A program made the position numbers and the translations under genes. Positions 1-11,600 of a DNA stretch of 64,000 nt are shown here, piece after piece (position 1 is the first letter of the stretch; each line of letters begins with the position of its first letter). The notes under the pieces are model-generated. The model was not told where the DNA came from. It saw only the letters and a program-made list of their open reading frames with translations, and did not search any database. The stretch comes from Amphiscolops sp. MND2022 (Eukaryota). Location: contig OZ076410.1 in NCBI GenBank assembly GCA_964187785.1, positions 42,904,001 through 42,968,000 of the forward strand, in the 5' to 3' direction.

Positions 1-1068
1 GAGTTCGAGCCTAAGGAGAAATTTGTGGAGCACCTATTAGCTTGACAGCAGGAAATTCATGAACTTGTTCGTAGGAACACACACCAGGCGCAAGTACGAC
101 AGAAACAGAAGTTTGACAGACAATTGAAGGTGTTACAAGACGGAAGACTGTACGTATTGTATACCGGCCAGAAAGTTCATTTTAGCGTCAAAAGAAACAT
201 GTCCTTGCTCCATGGGGTTAGACATCTCATCAACCATTTGGGTTAGACCAGAACGTGGCCATTATCGCAGATCCAGATGTCGAAGACAGCATTGAAGAGA
301 TAGCATGAGACATATCGCGCGATTCATTCCTTCCGGAACAGTTGCCAGAGACATCATTCGAAGCAGAGCCGACAAGACCACGAACGATTCAAACGCGCAC
401 TCAGACAGCATTGGAGCAAAGAATCCGTCCTTGGCTACCCGTCTGATTCCAAATCAGATCATGAACCAGGTGAACAACCTGTGGAAGAACGCAGCAACCA
501 GTGGTTTTCCCCGAACTGGATGACCTAGAACCGTTATTATCAGATCAAGAAGAGGTTTTGCCTGAACCAACGAACAGTCTCTTACCTTCTCCAGCAGGTT
601 CATCAGCACCATTGCTGTCGAACCCAGCCTTGACAGGCACACTAAGCAATTTCCCATTATTCAGTTCCCGAGCTGGCAGCTCAGTAGGACTAGAACCTGC
701 CGAGGAAGACGAACCCCAGAAAGGAACAGACGGGGAAGACCAAATCCCAGGTCCAACTTTACCAACGCCGCCCACATCAGATAGAACTACCAGACAAAGA
801 CGTCATCCAAGAGGCAGACCTCCAGGCCGTAGACGAGGAAGTACAACTTCGAGCCTTCAAGTAGAGCAACTACACTAAAACCAGACCCCACACTCAATCA
901 CAGAGAGGATCAAAAAGTATAGTAAGAACCAGAGCTCAGTCTAGAACGTTAACACGTGCATTGACATTGACAAATATACCAGAAAGTATGACACTAGATC
1001 AGCAGGATGCTCAACAGTCTCTTGCTTCACAGGCTCCGCCTTATCAGCTACGACGTAATCGAGCACCA

Positions 1069-2479
1069 CGATATAGTTGTGGAACCTGCGGTTCCCGCAA
1101 CTGCAGTTGCGTCAACCTATTAGAAGTTAGAACACCGGGCAGATAATTGGCCCGGGGAGCGGATGCCCCTGTGCAAGATTTGGTCGACATTAATGCAGTA
1201 AACCATTCACAACACGACATTCTTTCAAATCAGGCCAAAAACCAAGACGTTCCAAAAGTGCATAGCATAGTGATAACTGTAGAGAAAACTTACCCCAGCA
1301 TTGGACCAGGGTGGTTCCTCCATTAGAAACTTCTTAGGAGGCAATGCATGAAACATCACCTACAGATTGCCCAAGCTATTGCTCCAAGGAGTGGATATGG
1401 CATGAAAAGAGTGGATTAGGGTTCACGTTACCAGCTACCATTCCCCCACTCCCACCGATGATCGTGTTTGGGAACGTGGATTTGGAAGACACAAACATAG
1501 CAATGGTAAGCTGTATCACCGCGCATCAGCTATGGGAACAAAATGGCGTGATTTCCCTCCTGGAGATGAAAATTGCCCAACCGCTGGTTGGTGGCTATTA
1601 GTCACCTCCCTAGATGAAACATCACCAGTGTCGCCGGGAACTCTGTTAATTTGTCCAGAGATTTTACGCACACTCGTAGATTTTTATAACACTCTTTATT
1701 TCCATTTAGCTGATATATTTTGCGGAAAATTCAATATTCAACATTTGTTGCAGCTACTAGGTATAACTTTTTGTCGCCAAGCCAAAATACGCCTATTACA
1801 CAAACAAACATATACGTTTGAAACGCCCGTAACAGTGCTGGAAGCACTCTCCGTTGTTCACGATGGGTCAACCACAAACATGGGAAACCACCGGCTGCGA
1901 CGAACAGTATGGCAAGATCGTCGAGCCATTGTCGAGCAAGTGACACCGTACAAAGTCCGACCGAATTACTTTTAATGGATCTCTTACGACAACACCGACA
2001 TATTACAAGCACCAGGCATTGTAGTTTTATGTTGTCCTGCGGACCGCGATTCCAGCTCAGCAATGACGCGCTATGTCATTCGAGAATACGGACAGGAAGT
2101 GATTTTCTGACGACGACCTGCAGTAAGAAAAGCGTTACATTTGCCTCGATCTTTAAACGCGCCTTGAGAAAATGACTTTGTTTTTCTGTTCACTAGAACT
2201 TCCAGCAAATATCCACTGTTACATGATACTCTTCATCTGTGTCTACATGATTTAGCTAGTACGCTCCCAATGGATATCGCCAAATCATTACACTTCCCGA
2301 TTCATGACAAAGAAATATCTGTTAACATGTTACCAACCTTGTACTCAATGCTTGAAGAACATTTTATAAATGCAAACATCAAAATAGTCCTTCACGATAG
2401 AGTCTATATAGCGGCAGCATGGATCACAACAGAAGATTGCAACTGTAACTGGAGCAAGTTATACTACAGCAACTCGTGA
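1069..2479 (+). pseudogene. Post-integrase extension of Gypsy A: Cys motif, unknown domain, degenerate macro domain
   Basis: RYSCGTCGSRNCSCV at 1069-1113; FTLPATIPPLPPMIVFG in ORF 1344-1601. ORFs 1532-1975 and 2270-2479 share one frame, interrupted only by stops at 1973, 2108 and 2165. Read through, it gives WISYDNTDILQAPGIVVLCCPADRDSSSAMTRYVIREYG...FVFLFTRTSSKYPLLHDTLHLCLHDL...LHFPIHD...HFINANIKIVLHDRVY. Confidence 0.8.
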
Positions 2480-3109
2480 GGCCTGCAGCTTTCTTTTATT
2501 CATAGTTGTACTCATATTGAATTGTGTCATTTTTATTCGGACCGAATCTTTCTTTTAATCAAATAGTTCTGGTTTTCATCAAGTTTTGTTCAAGTATCCT
2601 TTTGTAAAAACGTTTTAATCTACGAAAGCAACCTGTTTTCAGTCATGTCCTGTTTCATTGCCCTTGTGCGGTTCTCCAATTGATCTCCAATATCCTTATA
2701 TCATCAAGGAAAAATGCTACCTGTGGATGCAGGATAGTAATATCTGTTGCCCGTACATAGTGCAATATTCTTTCTCTTTGTTGAGAGTTTGACCATTCAA
2801 CATTCTGAGCAATGTGGATCCAACTGACAAAGACAAGAAATCAAGGTATTATCTTCAGATCACTTGCAACTAATTACTGTCAGCAGCAGAACATTGGTAA
2901 AATTGTACAAGACAGAAGACGGATATGAATTCAATCTTAGTGGTGTTCAAACCACCGGCCTCCGAACGACTGAAACAACATGTGATAACCGTGAACGTTG
3001 CCAATTCAGCAAGCGCATTCCCGTGTTTGTTGTTTGACTGATGTCATGTTCCAGTCCTGCGGTCGTCGGCTTCTGAAATGCTTGTTCTGCCTGACCTTCA
3101 TACACTTGA

Positions 3110-3441
3110 ATGGACAATGGATGAACTCCCGAAATATAAGATGAACACAGTAACTGAAATGGATACCCAATCACACGTCGGTGCACAAAGGACTGAATGG
3201 ACTCCTCTTTGTGATTTGTTTCGAAGTTTTATTTGTGTTGTTTCCATATTGGTGCTATTCATTTTGCAGTTAACTTTGGCAGGCATTGTAACGCTCTTTC
3301 AAGGTCATATTTTGTGCTATACTCCCTTCAAGTGCTATTGTGTTTTTCGTAACGACCTGGTAGATAGGTCCCAGCCTGGTGCCTGCCTACTTGCAAAGTG
3401 AAAAAGCGCAAATAAATTTTTACAATTGAATTCTCCTCTCA
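3110..3441 (+). repeat. Probable remnant of the 3' LTR of Gypsy A
   Basis: TATAAG near 3135, AATAAA near 3412, and a terminal CA at 3440-3441. The left boundary is approximate and no partner LTR lies in the window. Confidence 0.4.
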
Positions 3442-3499
3442 TAAGGTAGTTGCTCGAGAATATATACATATAATTTCTAAAATCCCAAGTTGCGGGAGG

Positions 3500-6400
3500 G
3501 TGTTCATTGTATATAAATAGTACAAAGAGAGCATTGAGAGTTAGATGAAGTTAAGTTAGGATTTAATGATGAGCGCTATACGATTTTTTTTAACTTCGTT
3601 GAATGGGAGATGTAGTCGATATTGGTTTTGCAGTCTTCAGGGTCAAGGAGGTTCAATGAGCCAATGTCTTCAGGTCTGATGTCTTGGTATAGGCCACATG
3701 CCAGAAAGAAAGGTCCTGCAGTCTCTTCACTTTTGCCAAAATGACACTTCGGAGATTCCGTCTGCCAATTTTTCCAAGCGTAATCGACTAAAGCGAAAGA
3801 ATTGCCGATCAGCATTTCACAAACTTTGATGGCTCCATACCTTTGAAGGTTGAAAAGTGGCGATCTAGTGTTACAAGTTGGTGGGGTTTTGGTGTAACAT
3901 TTCTGAAATGACTTGTTGTCATTATTTTTCCACCTGAGGTTCCAAAGATAGTTAATGAAAAGGTTGACATCTTGCTGTTTATATCTCGTGCAATTATAAA
4001 TCCTCAAAAACTTTCCGAATCTGGTAACATGACTCTCGAGAAGGTTAGCCACACTGTCCGGAAAAGATGAAGATGCATCATGGGTCCAATGTAGTAAATC
4101 GTCTTCTAGTTTGAGCTTCAAGAGAAATTTGATGTTGATGGCCGTACTCAGAAGATCAAGAGGCGGCGTTCCTAGCAGAACTTGACATGAGTCGATATTC
4201 GGCAAAAATCCGTGTCTAAAAACAGTTCTTATGAAATTGTTCTGTACTGGTGTGACGTATTTGAGGTTTTTCTCAAGCCAAATTGGTGCTGCATAAAAAA
4301 GTGAGGATACGCTAGTGATTTTGAACAACAGAACTAGCGTTGGAACTGCAAGGCTCCATTTTTTATTGCATAACGACTTGATTATATTCCAATTTCGCTT
4401 TGCTCTCTCGATTGATTTAGTAGAATGATCCCGGTAGTTGAGCTTGCTATCGATAATTACTCCGAGAGACTTTGTTGTGTTTTTTAACTTGACATATACC
4501 ACCATTGAGGCACGGGAGTTCGAAGTCAGTCTCTTCCCAATTGAAAAGGGTTAATTCAGTTTTTCCTCCGTCAACTAACATCCTCCAATCTGTACACCAC
4601 ATCTCGATGCCAGAACAAGTTTTTCGAAGGATGGCAGATAATTCTGACGGATCATTGCCAGGGGCAATGAGAGAACTATCGTCTGCAAACTTGAATTTTC
4701 AAGCTTGATTACTGAGGAAGTCGTTTAGGAAGATGATGAAGAGTAATGGTGACAACACGCCAATGTCAATGTTCCCATGGTGTGGAACGCCAATGTCAAT
4801 CTGGAGCTTCGGCGATTGGTATCCATTCAGTTCAATTGAAGCGACTCTGGTTTTCAAGAACGATTTTAATATCTGATACATTTTGCCAGAAAAATTGTGT
4901 TCCAACAGTTTAAAGAGAAGGCCGTCCACCCACTCGCTATCGAGAGCCTTTTCGAGGTCCATGTTAAGCAGAGCAGTCGGTAAACGTGAACGTTTGGCAT
5001 TTTCCAGCATGCGATGTAGTCTGTAGAGCGATCGAGTGGTGTTTCTTTTCGATCTGAAACCCTCCCGTTTGTCACCAAGCATTCCATTCACATCGAGATG
5101 TGATTTGATTCTAGTTGCAAGTAGTTTTTCCAACGTTTTGCCGATATGACTGGAGATTGAGAGTGGTCGATATGAAAAGCATTCATCATATCTCTCTTTG
5201 TTTGGCTTGCGTATGAATACGACTCGTGACTCCGTCCATGGCCACACATGATACTCCCAGCAAGCATTGAAAATATTCAGCGGAAAAAGGAGTGCTTTAG
5301 TTCCCAAATTCTTTATCATTGTCAAATGGAGACCATCAATATCAAAAGATATAGTGTTGCTTGATTTCAAAATGGCATTCTTCAATTCATCGAATGTAAT
5401 TTCATCATGAAATACTTCAAAATCATGTTCAGGACCATCATGTGGTTGATTTATTTTGGCTTCTACTTGTAGTTTTGTTGCATCGTTGAAAATTTGCTTT
5501 TTCAGTTGTTCTCCTCCGAAGAACGTGGTTTCGAATTCTTTGCTAATTTCTTCTGGAGCATATAAGAGTCTCCCTTCCTTACTGCGTATTAGACCAACAT
5601 CTTTATGTTTAGTGTTGAGTAAGGCCTTGTAAGAAGTCCAAAATTCTCTTCCTTTTTTACGCCCAAGCGATGACAGATTGTTTTCCATCCATTCAGTTAC
5701 ACTTTTGTTGAGTAGAATTTTGAAACGTTCCTTCGCTGCCTTTAGCTTTTGTCCATTTTCAAAATTTGATTTGTACTTGAACTTTTTGCGTAACAATCGG
5801 AATTCATTGCTTGCGTCTGTCAAGTCTGAGTTCCAAAACGGTTTGCTATGATTTGAAACACATTTGAGGGGTAAATGACCAAAAGAAGCTTCGTGCAGCA
5901 GATTCTTTTAAATCGTTCGAAAGAAAAACAGGGTCGTCCCCAACAACCATGAGATCATCTATTCGGCCCTCAATGAAAGAAGTCCAACCCACCCGATCAG
6001 CTTCTTCAATCCCTAATTTCTTGGTTTTCTTAGTGATGCTACTACGTTCCAATCTCATAATAACAGGAACATGACCCCTCTGTGGAGCACCGGTGAACAG
6101 CTCAGTAAATTCATCCGTAGACAGAGAGTGTTTACATCTATCAAACAGAGGCCCATAACAAATGCAGAGATCGATAACACTGTAGCCATTTGCTGCCAAA
6201 AACGTGGACTCACCATCATTGAGAATGCTGAAGTGGTCAGCTATTTGAACCAGTTCCTCACCTAACAAGTTACACAAAGTGTCTCCCCAATAGGTATGTC
6301 TTGCATTGAGATCACCAACGAAAAGAGCTCCATTAAGGCAATTTTTGTTTTGCACCACGTTTTGCAACTCTGTATAACTGCTATTGTACTTCTCAATCCT

Positions 6401-7950
6401 TCGAAGTCATCGGGTCTGACATATGCAGTAGACACAACTAACCTTATTCCGCTCAGCCTAACAGTCAAAACAACATTATCAACAGAGGTGTCTTCGAGTT
6501 GATTAAGTCTTGAGTAAGGGATGTGATTTTTCAATAAAACTGCGACGCCCCCAGAACTTCCACCCATAGAACTGATTATTGTGAAATTGTCGAATAGATT
6601 CGCGCTAATTTGTGTCTTGGTTTCATTAGGAAAAACGATATCAGCTTTGGTTTGTAGTAAGTATTGATTCACGGCTATTTTACTATGATCACTCAGGCCG
6701 CATATATTTATCTGCAAGTAGGTTAAACCAGGGTTGCTCGAGAAACTTACGCGTGAAAGCAAAGTGATCACGGTGGTGAAGAAGTGGAAAGGTTTGCTGT
6801 TTTAACTGAAATAGTGAAAGCTGCATAGAAATCCTACAAAATGTTTCCATGCATGGTCCCTGAATTTTCTGTTTTATGACAGGCTAGAGAAATGAGACAA
6901 CGTTCTCTTTAGATGAAATAATTTCTCTTTTCGAGTTTTTCATACTTTTCACTTCAATCTTGTGAGGAGTCTCTCTGGTTAGATGATGATGCTTCGCGAA
7001 CTTTTTTAAGTCATTTTTTTTCACCTATGAGGGCTGTGAGGAGTATAAGCTTTTGTCAATCATTTTGAATCTAAACGAGTTTCAAATAGTTTCTTTTAAA
7101 ATTTAACGAAGTGGTTTGATAGTTCATTTTTTCAAACATTTTTTCATCAAAGCATTTTTCAGTTTTGCTTTTACTCCAGTGGAACAATTTCGCATTTAAT
7201 CTTTATGGCTGAATAGGAAAACAATTAGGCCTTTGTGAGCCTTTGTGAACCGTTAGTATGCCTTTTTGATAGCTACATTCCTTTTGAAAAATTTTTGTCT
7301 TCAATATTTGTCCAGTAAAGATGATGCATTACCTCTTCATTCTCATCTATCGTCAACCTCTTCATTCAGTTGCTAAAAACATGGTCCATGACGACGAAAG
7401 ATGGAAACTTTAATGCATCTCTCGCAAGGAGAAAGTCCAGTGCAAAAACGAAGTCACAGCAACCGATTTCTGAATGATTGTTTAAAGACTTGGTATTTCT
7501 GAAACTAATTATAGGAAGCCAAGGTTTAGACAATCATTTAGAAATGCTTAAACTTGAGCTCTCAATTAAACCATTGAATTTAAATAATCTCATCAGATTT
7601 CATTTTGTTACGTATTGGCTGAGTTTCAGATGACTCACTGACCTTTTCTTTACTACCCCGCGATATCCAAGCACTTTTTTCCTTTTTCCTCTCAACAGTT
7701 TGCAATTTACTACGATCAGCAACTACAATATATAACTCCTCGCATCAAAAAAATAAAGTAAATTTGCTAGCAACATCCTTGGGATATTTCCAATTTCTTT
7801 CTTCAAAGCTTGTCATGTAATCCGCAAATTTGAAGAGATTATGGGAAGCGTTCGAAATTAAGAGGAAGACGGTACACAGAACGAAGGTTTTCTGCCTGCT
7901 TAATTAGATTCGTTACGGCGACTTATCTGGTGCAATTAAATGGTTGCCTT
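3500..7950 (-). mobile_element. Non-LTR retrotransposon (LINE, I/Jockey/R1-like group), near full length, decayed
   Basis: APE endonuclease, RT and a C-terminal Cys motif are collinear on the minus strand. The stop-riddled region at about 6800-7900 is a probable ORF1/5' remnant. Both boundaries are approximate. Confidence 0.85.
3576..6771 (-). pseudogene. LINE ORF2 (APE-RT-CCHC), frameshifted
   Basis: APE motifs: QINICGL, NETK, GGVAVLL, VGDLNARH..WG, SVIDL. RT motifs: SYRPLSISSHIGKTLEK, GFRSKRNT, DLEKALD, LSPLLF, and FADD at 4678-4689 just after a TGA at 4699. Thumb region: LGVIIDSKL, LFYAAPIW. Degenerate C-terminal finger: SPKCHFGKSEETAGPFFLAC. No RNase H seen. Confidence 0.92.
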
Positions 7951-8664
7951 TTTAGAATATGCAGCGAGCCGTCGATGTCACATGGTAAGAAACAGTACGC
8001 TGCTCTGCATTTGCACCGGTGCTGACAATAATCAAAGCGTTTTATGATTATCAGTTATTATGGAAAGAGAAGTCTTGCTCTCATTCAAGATCCACAGTCA
8101 ATCCTCATTAAACTACACTACACTGGAGTACCACTCACTACCTTGCCTGTCCTGTCTTATCCTGTTGTGTTCTGCCATCCCGATTATACCGGTGGCACAT
8201 CCCATCGCAATAAACTAGTCGCGCGATCTTCATGCTATGAGAGAGGGAAGCCGACCAAAAGGCCACCACCTAGTGATTTTTGATGTAATTTAAAATGAAA
8301 TGTGGTAGTGGCGCTTCTAGTAGAACAGCGGATTTACCCACAAAGGGTTTTTATCATATGAAATTACACTCACATCCTGTTTTGAGACAAATTTGTTCTA
8401 CTTCAAATTTGCACGGCAGCCGCGCAGCCGCGGGTTCTTTCATGATGCACACTGCAGCTACTGATGAATACTGAAATGTCCATGCGGAGGTTGGTGAGGT
8501 AGCGTGAGCAATTGGTAAATTCTTCTGAACATTTGACAGTAGGCGCAATTTGGCACCGGAAGAGTAGACCAGGAACCGACCCACTTATTTTATAATTCCA
8601 CCTAAGCACATTACTCTGCCCATTCCTCTTTACAACTGATTTTTCAACAAGGTAAGAAGATAAC

Positions 8665-11600
8665 TTTTCGTTTTTTTTCTGAGTCAGTTTGAACAATGAA
8701 TGGTAATAAAGTGTCTCAACAAGTGGTGGGATGCCCCCACTTTGCTGAGCGTGCATCTTACCCATGAGGTGTTGTATAGTCATATGAGAGCTCGGCAAAA
8801 GTCAGCATGAAAATAGCTGAAAAGTAGTATGAAAGATTTTTCAGTGTGAAAGTCAAATGAAGAGCGAAAAAAATCAGAAGTTGTTCAGTACTATTAAAAA
8901 CAAAGTTTTGAAAGTTGGTTCATTACAAATTTTTAAATCGAGATTCATGAAAATGAAACCAGTCACAGAATGCTGAAGAAACCTTAGGATTAATTTTTTA
9001 GTGTCTTGTTGCAACGTATTTTTGAAACATAGAAACTAAGATACACTCTAGTATATCCTCCGTTCCGTTTGCAAAACGCATAGAAAAATAAAGACAAAAA
9101 CTGGAATCTCAAGTAACATCAAGCTGATGAAACATATCAATTTTAATTTTCATTAGATAATCCTACAAGAAGGCTCTTTCTACCGTTTACCAATATGCAT
9201 TTTTTGAGAGTCAACAAGACGTTTGATCCATCGAACAAAATGAATGAAATAATCACCATTTTGGTGTCGCGTTGTTTGAAGCAACTTAGTTTCAAATTTA
9301 GTCATTGTAACTTTTTCCCTTTTTGGCCTATTCTATCGAGAGTTAACTTATAAATCAAAATCCCCTGACAAATTTATTTTAAATACACAGGTTGAAATTT
9401 TAACAAAAGTACGATCAACTCAAGATCAAACTCTTTTACAGGGAACTAAACATTTTGATTTGCTATGAGAACCATGTTTCAAACTATGAAACGTGATTTC
9501 ATACTATGAAATTCATAGTGTGATCAAATTATGATTGATAAAGGTGGAAACAGAATGACAAGTTCTATTTTTAGTCGGCGCTTCTTGTGAAGCAAAAATT
9601 GCCCGACTCTTACAGTGAGCATTTTTAGTCGGCGCCTTTTCCCTTAGGGAAAAAAGTCCGACTATTACAATGGTAGGTTTTTTTCAGCTGACAATCTCAC
9701 TCTGAATGGTCAACTTTTCTTACAATTTTCATGAGTCATGAATTCTTGCTTGTGAAGTCCTTTTCCTTTTTCAAAAGCTTGCGAAGTATTTTTACATCAT
9801 CTAAAAAACTCAACGGGGCCAAAGTGTACTCCCTTAGTGTATTTTCGGCACTCTGAGACTTTTTTCGAAAACAAAGTTTTCCCCAAAGTGTCCCCCCTTC
9901 AATTCTTTGATTTTTTTGACAGAATGGAAGTTGGAAAATCCCAAAAGGTCCCCTTTTCAGTTTTTTGGCATTGTGAGACTTGAAAAAATTCATAAAAGGG
10001 TCCCCAATTTACCAATACTTTGACACTTTGAAGTATTTTTGCTTTTTTTGGGCCTTAGATATGGCGCCGACTTGGGTCGTTCCCGGCTTGTTCGTTTTCT
10101 CCAGATCACAGACCTCGCACTGAAAGGTCCACTTTTTGAAAAAGTACTAAAACTACTAAGGCCAAGTCCGGCCAGTGGAAACTTGCTACAAAGGGTCCCC
10201 TGTTTTACTTCTACTTCTTAATGTAACCTACAAACCCGGAGGAAACTAAAGTGTCCCCTTTCACTTTTTTCAGCGTTGTGAGACTTTTTTGAAAAATTTT
10301 TTGTCTTCAAATGTCAAAAACTCATTCCCCGAACTTTTGACGTTATATCCGAACTATATTGCGTTTTATTAACGAGGAGGCATATGTTCAAAAACAGGAA
10401 TTTTTCATGAAAACGTCCCACGTATGTTTTAAAAACTGCGCTTTTTGAGCCTTTAGATATAGAGCCGACTTTAGACGTTCCCGTTTTATTGAGAATTCCA
10501 AAGTGGAGGATATAGCTCATGATGAAAATGCATTTAGGGAAAGTGACGATTGGAACCTAAAACCAAAATGTTTTCAGGGCTCAAACAGTACGGCGCTAAA
10601 TCATGTAAGATTTTTCTTCAATTATCTTTTCAGCATATTTGAAAGACTATGTTCTTTTTTAATTACAAGCTAACGAGTACTCTCGGCTTGTTTGACACAA
10701 TATTTGTAATATATTCTTCCTTGTTTTGGACTTAACGAACACAAGTTGGATACAGCGCAAGATACATACATCTTTGAACCAGACACCCGCTGACCAGCAT
10801 GATAATTTCTGCCGAAAACTGTTCTACTGGAACATGATTTTGAGACTCAAAAGTAGCGACTTCAATTTGAGAATGCATAGAATTTGAAGGAACGGAAGCT
10901 TTAACATTTTTCATTCATCTTATCCCATTTGTGAAGGAAACAAATGAATTAAGAAAACGCGAAGTCACGGAGTATTTTGTTGTTTAACTAAGTGACAAGA
11001 GTACCTAAATTACCAAATTTTCATGTTTGTATACACGAAAAATCCATAAATCTCAAAAGTTGGAGAAATTTAACATCGATAATTGGAGTCGACGGCGGTG
11101 AATAATTACACCATTTTAGCAAGAACTATTCGTTTTTCTTCTGAGTCAGTTTGAACAAAAAATGGTAATAAAGTGTCTCAACAAGTGGTGGGATGCCCCC
11201 TCTTTGCTGAGCGTGCATCTCCCCATGAGGTGTTGTATAGTCATATGAGAGCTCGGCAAAAGCCAGCATGAAATAAGCTGAAAACTAGTATGAAAGAATT
11301 TTCAGTGTGAAAGTCAAATGAAGAGCGAAAAAAATCAGAAGTTGTTCAGTACTATTAAAAACAAAATTTTGAAAGTTGGTTCGTTACAAATTTTTAAATC
11401 GAGATTCATGAAAATGAAACGAGTCACAGAATGCTGAAGAAACCTTAGGTTTAAATTTTTAGTGTCTTGTTGCAACGTATATTTGAAACATAGAAACTAA
11501 GATACACTCTAGTATATCCTCCGTTCCTTTTGCAAAACGCATAGAAAACTTAAGACAAAAACGGGAATCTCAAGTAACATCAAGCTGATGAAACATATCA

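Larger units (their letters stand above)
1..3441 (+). mobile_element. Gypsy LTR retrotransposon A, 3' portion (starts outside the window), decayed
   Basis: Positions 1-200 translate as an integrase C-terminus (EFEPKEKFVEHLLA..QAQVRQKQKFDRQLK / VLQDGRLYVLYTGQKVHF). This matches B (VLQNGRVYNLDTDQKVLF) and C (GFDSKQEFVEHLL). A long extension homologous to C and B follows. The element ends AATAAA...ATTCTCCTCTCA at 3441. Confidence 0.9.

Noticed and set aside
3078-3401. ORF with a hydrophobic stretch (FICVVSILVLFILQLTLAGIVTLF) as an env transmembrane anchor
   Set aside because: The hydrophobic part lies in T-rich, LTR-like sequence and has no counterpart in element C; likely fortuitous.
8403-8798. 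GGIPPLVETL as an armadillo repeat
   Set aside because: A single short match; the frame crosses a strong splice donor and the duplication boundary, with no further ARM repeats.
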